Source: Anaerolineae bacterium (lineage in GTDB: Bacteria; Chloroflexota; Anaerolineae; CG2-30-64-16). Taken from it: 64,000 nucleotides of DNA. Positions 47,118 to 56,302 of this stretch are shown here, in pieces. Position numbers and translations under genes: made by a program. The notes under the pieces are model-generated. The model saw only the letters and a list, made by a program, of their open reading frames with translations. It was not told where the DNA came from and made no database searches. The DNA lies in contig DAOUBP010000038.1 of NCBI GenBank assembly GCA_034432655.1, forward strand, positions 660 to 64,659, written 5' to 3'. Position 1 is the stretch's first letter. The number at the start of each line of letters is the position of its first letter.

Positions 47118-48836
47118 TTACGGCCGGTCGGCCTTATGCAGGGGCAGGCGCGCCGTGAGGGTCGTGCCCTGGCCGGGCGCGGAGGCGATGGTGAGCCGGC
47201 CGCCGTAGAGGAGGGCGCGTTCGCGCATCCCCATCAACCCGAAGTGGCCCTGCCGCGCCAGGTCGGCCGGCTGCTCCGGCGGGACGAAGCCGACGCCGTC
47301 GTCCCGCACGGTCAGGGTGAGGGCATCGGCCGCGAAGACGATCTTGATCCATGCGTTGGTCGCGCGGGCGTGCGCGGCCACGTTGTCCAGCGCCTGCTGG
47401 ACGATGCGGTAGGCAGCCAGTTCCAGGTCGGGGGCCAGTCGAACGACTTCCCCCTCGACGGCGAAATGGACGCGCAGGCCGTGGCGCTCCTCGACCTGCC
47501 GGGCCAGCATCTCCAGGCCGGGCACGAAGCCGAGGTCCTCCAGGTAGATCGGCCGCAGGTCGCCGATGATGCGACGCAGGCCGGCGATCTCCTCGTCAAT
47601 CAGGGCGTTCAGCTCTTGCAGCCGCGCGGCTGCGCGAGCGGGGTCATGCGCCAGGGCCTTCAACGCCATCTGGCCGCGCTGTTTGAGCGCGATGAGGCCC
47701 TGGATGGTCACGTCGTGCAGCTCGTGCGCCAGGCGATGGCGCTCGGCTTCCTGGCCCTGGGTGATGGCGCTCAGGTAATCGCGCATGCCGCTCTGGTACG
47801 AGCGGATGCGTTCGGCCATCTGGGCCAGGGTGACGCGCAGATCGTCTATCTCCTGCACGCCATCCACCGGTGCTTCGATGGCGTCGAAGTCGCCCCAGGC
47901 GACGCGCGCCGCGCGGCGCGCCAGCTCTTGCAGCGGCCGCACCACATTGAGCATCCCCAGCGAGACGGCCAGCAGCGCCACGACCGCGACGAAGAGCAGC
48001 ACCAGCGGCAACACCTCCACCTCGCTCATCCCCATCGAGACGATCCCGCGCACGTCCTCGGCCATGATCAGCGTCCAGCCGGGCGGCTCGATGCGGGCGT
48101 AGGAGGCCAGCAGCTCGCGGCCGTCGCGGTCGCGCAGGTAGCTCGAGCCGGAATCGGCCGCGGGCAGGTCGGCGAAGATGCCGATGTCCTGGATGAGGCC
48201 GGCCGGGTCGAAATGGCGGACGCGCCGGCCGGTCTGGTCGAGGATCACCAGCGCCGCGTGCAGCGCGCCATCGGCCGCCAGGTTGTCTTCGTTGAGGCTC
48301 AGCGTCTCCACAGGGAGGGCCGTGATCAGCGCGCGCTGGCCGGCCGCCGGCGCGGCGATCAACAGCCGCGGGGACGCCGGATCGGCCAGGTCGGTCTCAT
48401 ACTGCGGCTGGCCGAGCGCTGCGGCGCGCGCGGCCGCGATGCGCGCGGCATCGCCAGCGGCCCAGGGGGTCGCCGCGGGCGATGCGGCCAGGAGCGCGCC
48501 GGAGGCATCCAGCAGCGCCAGGCCGCCGGCGTCGAACGGTTCATCGGGCAGGGGGGAAGCGGGAGCGGCCGACAAGGGGGCGGCCAGCCGCGTCAGGGTG
48601 GCGATCTGTTGCGCGATCTCGCGGCCCAGGCGGTTGGCCTCGGCCGTCGTCCAGCTGCGGTCGCGCTCCTCGACCAGGCGGGTCATGGCCTGACGATGGC
48701 GCGCAATGCCGATCAGCGACAGCGCCACGAGCACGATGGCCAGCGGCAGGATCGTCCAGAGCAGCAGTTGGGCGCGCAGGCCGCGCAGGAGCCGGGCGCC
48801 GCGCGGCGGCCGTCGTTCGCTCGCCTCACGCGTCAT
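47118..48836 (-). CDS. NarX-type sensor histidine kinase (HisKA_3)
   Basis: ERHRLAHELHDVTIQGLIAL (H-box), 2 TM flanking periplasmic domain, HATPase C-term. Confidence 0.85.
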   Translation of the reverse strand: MTREASERRPPRGARLLRGLRAQLLLWTILPLAIVLVALSLIGIARHRQAMTRLVEERDRSWTTAEANRLGREIAQQIATLTRLAAPLSAAPASPLPDEPFDAGGLALLDASGALLAASPAATPWAAGDAARIAAARAAALGQPQYETDLADPASPRLLIAAPAAGQRALITALPVETLSLNEDNLAADGALHAALVILDQTGRRVRHFDPAGLIQDIGIFADLPAADSGSSYLRDRDGRELLASYARIEPPGWTLIMAEDVRGIVSMGMSEVEVLPLVLLFVAVVALLAVSLGMLNVVRPLQELARRAARVAWGDFDAIEAPVDGVQEIDDLRVTLAQMAERIRSYQSGMRDYLSAITQGQEAERHRLAHELHDVTIQGLIALKQRGQMALKALAHDPARAAARLQELNALIDEEIAGLRRIIGDLRPIYLEDLGFVPGLEMLARQVEERHGLRVHFAVEGEVVRLAPDLELAAYRIVQQALDNVAAHARATNAWIKIVFAADALTLTVRDDGVGFVPPEQPADLARQGHFGLMGMRERALLYGGRLTIASAPGQGTTLTARLPLHKADRP

Positions 48837-49500
48837 CGAGCACCAGCCAGCCCAGTTTGAGCGCCTTGGTCACCGCCTCGGTGCGACTGGCCACGGCAAG
48901 CTTGCCGTAGATGTTGGCCAGGTGGCCCTGCACCGTACGGTCGCTGAGGCCCAGCTCGGCCGCGATGGCTTTGTTCGTCAGGCCTTGCGCGGCCAGGCGC
49001 AACACAGCGAGCTCGCGCTCGGTCAACGGCTCCACCTGCCCGGCCGCGGCCGCCGGCTTGCCGGTGGTCATCTGGGCGATCACCTTTGCCGCGACGTCGG
49101 GGGCCAGCACCTTGCCGCCGGCCGCCACCGTCTTCACCGCGGCCACCAGGTCGTCGGGATCGGCGTTTTTCAGGATGTAGCCGTCGGCGCCGGCGCGCAG
49201 CAGGGCGAAGACGTAGGGGTCCTCGTCGTAGGCGGTGAGGATGAGCACGCGCACTTCGGGACAGGCGGCCTTGATCTGCCGCGTGGCCTCGATGCCGTTG
49301 ACGCGGGGCATCTGCACGTCGAGTAGGGCGACGGCCGGCCGCAGCTCGCCGACCAGGCGCACGGCCTCGGCGCCGTCGGCAGCCTCGGCCACCACCGTGA
49401 CCCCGCCGTCCTCTTCCAGGAACTCGCGGATGCCCTTGCGCACCACGGCATGGTCGTCGGCCAGCAAGACCCGAATCGGGTCAGATGAAGCAGTCGTCAT
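48826..49500 (-). CDS. NarL/LuxR-family response regulator
   Basis: IRVLLADDHAVVR, LDVQMP, LTERELAVLRLAAQGLTNKAIA; ORF-track N-extension (to 49800) lacks features. Confidence 0.85.
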   Translation of the reverse strand: MTTASSDPIRVLLADDHAVVRKGIREFLEEDGGVTVVAEAADGAEAVRLVGELRPAVALLDVQMPRVNGIEATRQIKAACPEVRVLILTAYDEDPYVFALLRAGADGYILKNADPDDLVAAVKTVAAGGKVLAPDVAAKVIAQMTTGKPAAAAGQVEPLTERELAVLRLAAQGLTNKAIAAELGLSDRTVQGHLANIYGKLAVASRTEAVTKALKLGWLVLDDA

Positions 49501-49571
49501 GATTATGCCATTCTCCGTGTCAGGCGGCGGGAACCCCTGTCGCCAACGCTTGCCCGCGTCGGCGCGCCGTT

Positions 49572-51371
49572 TTACTTGCCGAAGCGTACCCCCAGCAGGT
49601 TCGCCAATTCCTGTACCTCCTGGGAGCCGCTGATCAGAATGCCCGCGTTCGCGGCATAATCCAGCGCCGAGGCCTTGAAACCGCTGCTGGAGATCATCCA
49701 TAGGGTCGGCGCGCCGGTCAGTTTGAGATGTTCGGCCGCGGCGCGAGCTTTCTGGACGAAGGCGGCCAGATCGGCCCGATCTGCTGGCCGGTTGCGCCAT
49801 TTGACTTCCACCAGCCAGGGCGAAGGGCCTTCGGCCACCGCATCCAGCTCGATCTGGCCGTCCGGGCTTTGATAAGCGGCGACGCGCGTAAAGGCCGGCA
49901 GTGTCAGGGTTTCGGCCTCTTCTGCCGACCGGCCGAAGAGACGTCCCGGCACCTGACGACCGTCGAAAGCCGCCAGCAACTCGCGCACCTGGCTTTCCCT
50001 GGCCAGGCCCAATTCGCTGCTGAGGCGCTGATAGCGTTGGCTCATGTCGGCGACCAATCCCTCCAGGATCTCGCGGCGTGGGACAGTCAGCAGCTCGATG
50101 CCGGCATGGAAGTAAGCCAGCCAGATCTTGAGCACCGGATCGGGCAGGTCGTAGGCCCCGTCCGTCTGGAGCACCAGATCCACTTCGGCCAGACGGTTTA
50201 GCAGGGCGCGCGTGGCACCGGCCGGCCGGCGTAATCTTTGCGCAAGCTCGGTCAAAGTCAAGGGGTGTTCCGACTCGGCCAGGATCTGCAGGAGCAGGCG
50301 CAGGAGCGCCTGGCCGCGGGCATGGCCCATGGACTCCTCGATCACGTAACGACAGAGGTTGTAGATTCTGCCGGTAGTAGAGAGGGTCTCCAACACAAAG
50401 GCTTCCCGCACCAGTTGCGCATCCACCGTGCGACCGGAGAGCAGGATCAGCTCGCGCATGCGCTCGGCGACCGCATAGATGTAGAACGGATGGCCGCGCG
50501 TCCAGACATAAAGGGTATGGGCCGCGTCGGAGGGCAATGTCTCGCCGGCCAACGCCTTGCGCGCCAGCTCCTCGCTCTCGGCGCGGCCGAACGGGCCGAC
50601 GCGCTCGGTGCGAAAGTGGACGAAAAGGGGCGAACGCGCCTGGTGGAAGATCCCTTCCATGAGGCTGATCGCCGACCCGGCTGCCACGTAGGCCACTGCC
50701 GACTGAGTCTGCAATACCGAACGAAAGAGGTCCAGCACGTCGCCAACCTGCGGAAAGTTGGATAGCAGGCCGAGATCCTGAAACTCATCAATGCAAATCA
50801 GGAAGCGGACGCCCTGTTCGCGCGCCAACACCTCTGGAAAGCTAAACGCCAATTCCAACAGGCGTCGTTGCGGAATGGCTTGTTGGCGCAGGTCGCGGTC
50901 CAACTCCAGTACGATGTCCAGCACATGCGGATTGGCCAGTGCGCTCGCAGCTCGAAGGAGGGTTGGCAAGCGCGCATATTCATCCCAGCGGCCTTCGCCC
51001 TTCTCAAGAAACCAGTAGAGCACGGAGCCAATGTATTCCACGGCAAACGATTCTGGCGATAAGCCCAGGCGCTTGAGGTCCAGATAGACCGGCAGGACGC
51101 GCGGAACATCGGCTGCCGCGGGGCGCTGGAGCCAGCGCAAAATGAATTCCTTGAGGATGAGGGTCTTGCCGATACGACGCAATCCCAGGAGCGCCAGGTG
51201 TTTGCGACGGCCCTGCTGGAGCTCGATGCCACACATCTCAAGCAGCCCCAAGTGGTAGTCGCGGTCGGTGAATAACGCGCGTTCATCAACCGGATAAAGA
51301 TAATCTAGCACGACCGATGCTCCTGGCGCAAGGCGATTGCGCGGCGAGACTGAGAGGCACTGAAATCGCAA
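49572..51371 (-). CDS. ATP-binding protein, archaeal-type ATPase (PF01637-like) with C-terminal DUF234/nuclease-like domain
   Basis: LLGLRRIGKTLILKEF (Walker A), ICIDEFQDL (Walker B), C-term DAVAEGPSPWLVEVKW. Confidence 0.6.
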   Translation of the reverse strand: MRFQCLSVSPRNRLAPGASVVLDYLYPVDERALFTDRDYHLGLLEMCGIELQQGRRKHLALLGLRRIGKTLILKEFILRWLQRPAAADVPRVLPVYLDLKRLGLSPESFAVEYIGSVLYWFLEKGEGRWDEYARLPTLLRAASALANPHVLDIVLELDRDLRQQAIPQRRLLELAFSFPEVLAREQGVRFLICIDEFQDLGLLSNFPQVGDVLDLFRSVLQTQSAVAYVAAGSAISLMEGIFHQARSPLFVHFRTERVGPFGRAESEELARKALAGETLPSDAAHTLYVWTRGHPFYIYAVAERMRELILLSGRTVDAQLVREAFVLETLSTTGRIYNLCRYVIEESMGHARGQALLRLLLQILAESEHPLTLTELAQRLRRPAGATRALLNRLAEVDLVLQTDGAYDLPDPVLKIWLAYFHAGIELLTVPRREILEGLVADMSQRYQRLSSELGLARESQVRELLAAFDGRQVPGRLFGRSAEEAETLTLPAFTRVAAYQSPDGQIELDAVAEGPSPWLVEVKWRNRPADRADLAAFVQKARAAAEHLKLTGAPTLWMISSSGFKASALDYAANAGILISGSQEVQELANLLGVRFGK

Positions 51372-51469
51372 TGCTTATACCATGTGGTTACTATACCAGA
51401 TGGTATAGGCAATAGTCAAATCTGGCCCCGCGACTCTACGATCAATCGCGCGGCCAGACGACTCCGTGC

Positions 51470-51709
51470 TCACATGCCCAGCTTCCGCCGCAAGTCATCG
51501 TACTCCTGCGGCGTGATCTCGCCGGCCGCCAGCCGACGGCGCAGGATCTCTGCCGCGGTGTCGGGCGCCGCGCTTCGGCCCGCGCCGCCCTGGCTCAGCC
51601 GCGTCAGCGTGACGATCAGCCAGATCACCAGGCCGATGATCAACCCCCAGAAGAGGAGCATGCCCAGGCCGCCCAGCAGGCCCATGCCCCAACCCCAACC
51701 GTGCATCAT
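51470..51709 (-). CDS. SHOCT-domain small membrane protein
   Basis: TM then ILRRRLAAGEITPQEYDDLRRKL. Confidence 0.7.
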   Translation of the reverse strand: MMHGWGWGMGLLGGLGMLLFWGLIIGLVIWLIVTLTRLSQGGAGRSAAPDTAAEILRRRLAAGEITPQEYDDLRRKLGM

Positions 51710-51986
51710 GTCCGTACCCTCGCTTTCTCTTGTACTCCATGTATTCTCGCGCTGCCTGAGCTGCGCGGCAAGGGTGTTTCGGCGGGCGAGACCACCCGCC
51801 GTTTGGCGCGGTGTAGGGCAACTGCTGCGCAGTTGCCCTACACCATGGTCGCCGCGCCAAATGGCGCGTGATCCTCGCGCCGGATTGCGCTTTCCGGCGC
51901 AGGCAAGAGGGGATACACTGACTCACGTGTCAAGCGCCTGTGAGGCGCCTGGCCTGTGACCAACCGCCTATGACAGAGGACATCCG

Positions 51987-52421
51987 ATGTCGCAACGATC
52001 TATTCTCGCTCTTGCCCTCGCCCTGCTCGGCGCCCTGCTGTTGGCCGCTTGCGCCGGCCGCGGGCAAGCCGACAGCACGGTGAAGCTGGCCCCGGTTTCA
52101 ACATTGCCCGGAGAAATCCAGCGCGCGCCGGCCGCGGTCCGCACGGCCTATCAGTTCGCTCTGGCCAACCCGGACGCACTGGCGAACGTGCCGTGCTACT
52201 GCGGCTGCGGCGCGATCGGGCACCGGAGCAACCTGGCCTGCTACGTCAAGGAGTTCGGCCCCGACGGGCGGCCGGTCTTCGACGACCACGCGCTGGGGTG
52301 CAGCATCTGCGTGGACATCGCCACCGATGTCATGAAGATGAGCGGCGAGGGCAAGGCGCCGGCCGAGATCCGCCAGCGGATCGTGGACGCCTACAGCAAG
52401 TTCGGGCCGGGGAACCAGTGA
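51987..52421 (+). CDS. PCYCGC-motif lipoprotein
   Basis: lipobox LLLAAC; NVPCYCGCGAIGH...LGCSICVDI. Confidence 0.75.
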   Translation: MSQRSILALALALLGALLLAACAGRGQADSTVKLAPVSTLPGEIQRAPAAVRTAYQFALANPDALANVPCYCGCGAIGHRSNLACYVKEFGPDGRPVFDDHALGCSICVDIATDVMKMSGEGKAPAEIRQRIVDAYSKFGPGNQ

Positions 52422-52442
52422 CCGGGCGACAAGGTGACAAGG

Positions 52443-52611
52443 TGACAAGGTGTATCTGCAGACGCCCGTGCTGTTGATCGGCCTGGTCGCGGCGATGGCC
52501 CTGGCGCTGCGCACAGCGCGGCAGCACGATCAGCCGCCGCGCGCGGCCCTGCCCGTCGCGTTCTTCTGTGTCGCGGCGACGTTGGGGCTGCTGGGCCTGT
52601 ATCTGGGATAA
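52443..52611 (+). CDS. possible small two-TM membrane protein (GTG start)
   Basis: hydrophobic 54-codon ORF between PCYCGC and cupredoxin genes, preceded by GACAAGGT x2.5 repeat. Confidence 0.2.
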
Positions 52612-52663
52612 GGACGTGCCAGGCACTTGGGAAGTGCCTGGCACGCAAGATCTCGCTTGAGCC

Positions 52664-53692
52664 ATGAACCGCAACGCTGAGCATTTCGCTCTCGCACTTC
52701 TGCTGCTGGCGCTCGCGGCCCTGCCGATCGGCATCTTCGGCTATCGGGCATGGCGGCTGGGGCCGGCCGCGGCCGGCGTCCGGGTGATCGAGATCACGGC
52801 GCGCGCGCCGGAACAGGGCGGCTTCCATCCCGACCGGCTGACCTTTCGGGCCGGCGAGACGGTGCGGCTGCGCATCACTTCGCCCGATGTCGTGCATGGA
52901 CTGGTCATCCCCGGCCTGGGGATCGAGATCAACGAAATCTACCCCGGCAAGGTCGTCGAGGTGGATGTGACGCCGACCCGGCCGGGCCGCTACGCCTTCG
53001 CCTGCACGCGCTGGTGCGGCGCGGATCACTGGCGCATGCGCGGGGTGATCGAGGTGGTGGACCCGACCCCCCGGCCCCCTTCCCTTTCAGGGGAGGACTC
53101 GGGGGAGAGGTCGTCGGAGGCGCCACTCTACCAACAGCTCGGCCTCGACCTGGACGCCATGCGCCACGCGGCGGCCACGACGCCCGCGGCCCGGCCCTCG
53201 GCAGCGGCCGCCGCGACATGGTCCGGCCGCCTCCCGGCCGATCTGGCCGATCCGCGCGCGCGGCGCGCCATCGCCCCGGCCGACGCGTTTCGCCGCCTGC
53301 GGGCCGATCCGGCCAACGCCGACCTGAGCGACGCCGACTTGTGGGATCTGGTTGCCTGGGCGTGGTTCAAGGATGTGGACGAGAAGGCGCTGACGCGTGC
53401 GGCCGCGCTCTACGCCCGCGATTGCGCGGCGTGTCATGGCGAGGGCGGCGCCGGGGACGGCCCGGCCGGGGCGAATCTGCCGGGCATGGCCAAGATGGAT
53501 CCCATGATGCCCCGCGGCCCGGCCGACTTCACCGACGCCAGGGCCATGCTGACAGCCAGCGACGCGCTGCTCCAGGGCAAGCTCTTGCGCGGGGGCGTGG
53601 GCACCGGCATGCCGGAGTTCGGCTCGCTCTACACCGACGCGGAGCTATGGGCGATGGTCGCCTATCTCAGGGCCTTCCTGTTTGGGAAGTAG
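52664..53692 (+). CDS. cupredoxin (CuA, cytochrome oxidase subunit II-like) fused to C-terminal cytochrome c
   Basis: TM; HGLVIPGLGIEINEIYPGK; CuA-like CTRWCGADHWRM; heme site CAACHGEGG. Confidence 0.7.
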   Translation: MNRNAEHFALALLLLALAALPIGIFGYRAWRLGPAAAGVRVIEITARAPEQGGFHPDRLTFRAGETVRLRITSPDVVHGLVIPGLGIEINEIYPGKVVEVDVTPTRPGRYAFACTRWCGADHWRMRGVIEVVDPTPRPPSLSGEDSGERSSEAPLYQQLGLDLDAMRHAAATTPAARPSAAAAATWSGRLPADLADPRARRAIAPADAFRRLRADPANADLSDADLWDLVAWAWFKDVDEKALTRAAALYARDCAACHGEGGAGDGPAGANLPGMAKMDPMMPRGPADFTDARAMLTASDALLQGKLLRGGVGTGMPEFGSLYTDAELWAMVAYLRAFLFGK

Positions 53693-53856
53693 ATCCGTCG
53701 CCACCCCCCTCGCCCCCGCAAGGCGAGGGCGAAGGGGGAGAAAAAAAGTCGGTTGGGGTTTGGGGCGGCAGCTTCGCCGCCGCCCCAAACCCCAATTTGA
53801 GGGGCTTCCCCCTCCCCAAGCCGCACAGCTCTCATCATTTCTGTAAGGAGGAACCG

Positions 53857-54033
53857 ATGCCTTCAAGGGCCAATCAACTGCCAAAAGACGCCAAAGCCGG
53901 CGCTGCGCCCACGACGACGCGTCGGCTGCTGCCGATCGTTGCCCTCGTCGCGGCGGTGCTGCTCATCGCCGCGGGGATCGTGTTGGCGCGCTGTCAACAT
54001 GCCGCGGCTGGCCGTGGACCGCACGCGGATTGA
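53857..54033 (+). CDS. small membrane-anchor ORF (58 aa) in frame 0, probably the N-terminal TM anchor of the DUF1573 gene separated by a -1 frame shift
   Basis: excellent RBS taaggagg; TM LLPIVALVAAVLLIAAGIVLA; overlaps start of next ORF. Confidence 0.45.
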   Translation: MPSRANQLPKDAKAGAAPTTTRRLLPIVALVAAVLLIAAGIVLARCQHAAAGRGPHAD

Positions 54034-54331
54034 TTTCGGCAAGGTGCCGCTCGACGTGCCGGTGCGGGCCACCTTCCGGCTGAGCAATATCGGCGATCGG
54101 CCGCTCAAGCTCCTCAACCAGCCGGTCGTCGAAGTCAAGCAGGGCTGCTGACCGCCCCGGCCGGTCGTCGGTGCGACGACCTTGCAGCCCGGACAGAGCA
54201 CGCAGCTCGCGATGGAATTCATGATGCACAAAGGCATGGAAGGCCCGCACGACTTTCGGGTGCGGCTCAAGACGAACGATCCCGTGACGCCGGAGGTGGA
54301 GCTGGTGGTGCTCTCGGATTGGGGGAAGTGA
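53999..54331 (+). CDS. DUF1573-domain protein with in-frame UGA (54149-54151) - candidate selenoprotein, or recent pseudogene
   Basis: RIDFGKVPLDVPVRATFRLSNIGDRPLKLL...KQGC-UGA-...PGQSTQL...FRVRLKTNDPVTPEVELVV matches DUF1573 on both sides of UGA; 7-bp stem-loop 54163-54181 exactly 11 nt 3' of UGA. Confidence 0.4.
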
Positions 54332-54564
54332 TCGCCCCTTACTTGCCGTTTCGCGGCCGTCGAAGGGGCGATGATGTACGCCGACTTCTTCCTGGCGGGC
54401 CAGCGCCTCGCCATCGGCGAGAGCGCCCTTCGGCGTTTGTGACGATCGGCTCGATGGGCTGCGGCGGATCGAGTGTGGTATAATGGCAGGGCCCACCTGT
54501 GGTGGCGTGTTGCTGAAGTCCGGTGAGCAACATGCAAAGAAGTCCAACCTTTGGAGGGGTCAAC

Positions 54565-56166
<1,602 letters not shown>

Positions 56167-56302
56167 GATGCCACATGCGGCGGTCGGCCGCACCAGGGCG
56201 GAGGAAAAAGCTCACACAAAGACACAAAGGCACAAAGAGATATAATTTTTTGGGCGTCTTTGTGGCTTTGTGTGAGACCAGGAGGGCGCTTTCAGGGCAG
56301 GG

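Noticed and set aside
52750-54033. 427-aa plus-strand ORF overlapping the cupredoxin gene in another frame
   Set aside because: Arg/Gly/Pro-rich junk translation. Only its last 58 codons (from the RBS-preceded ATG at 53857) look real, and these are reported separately.
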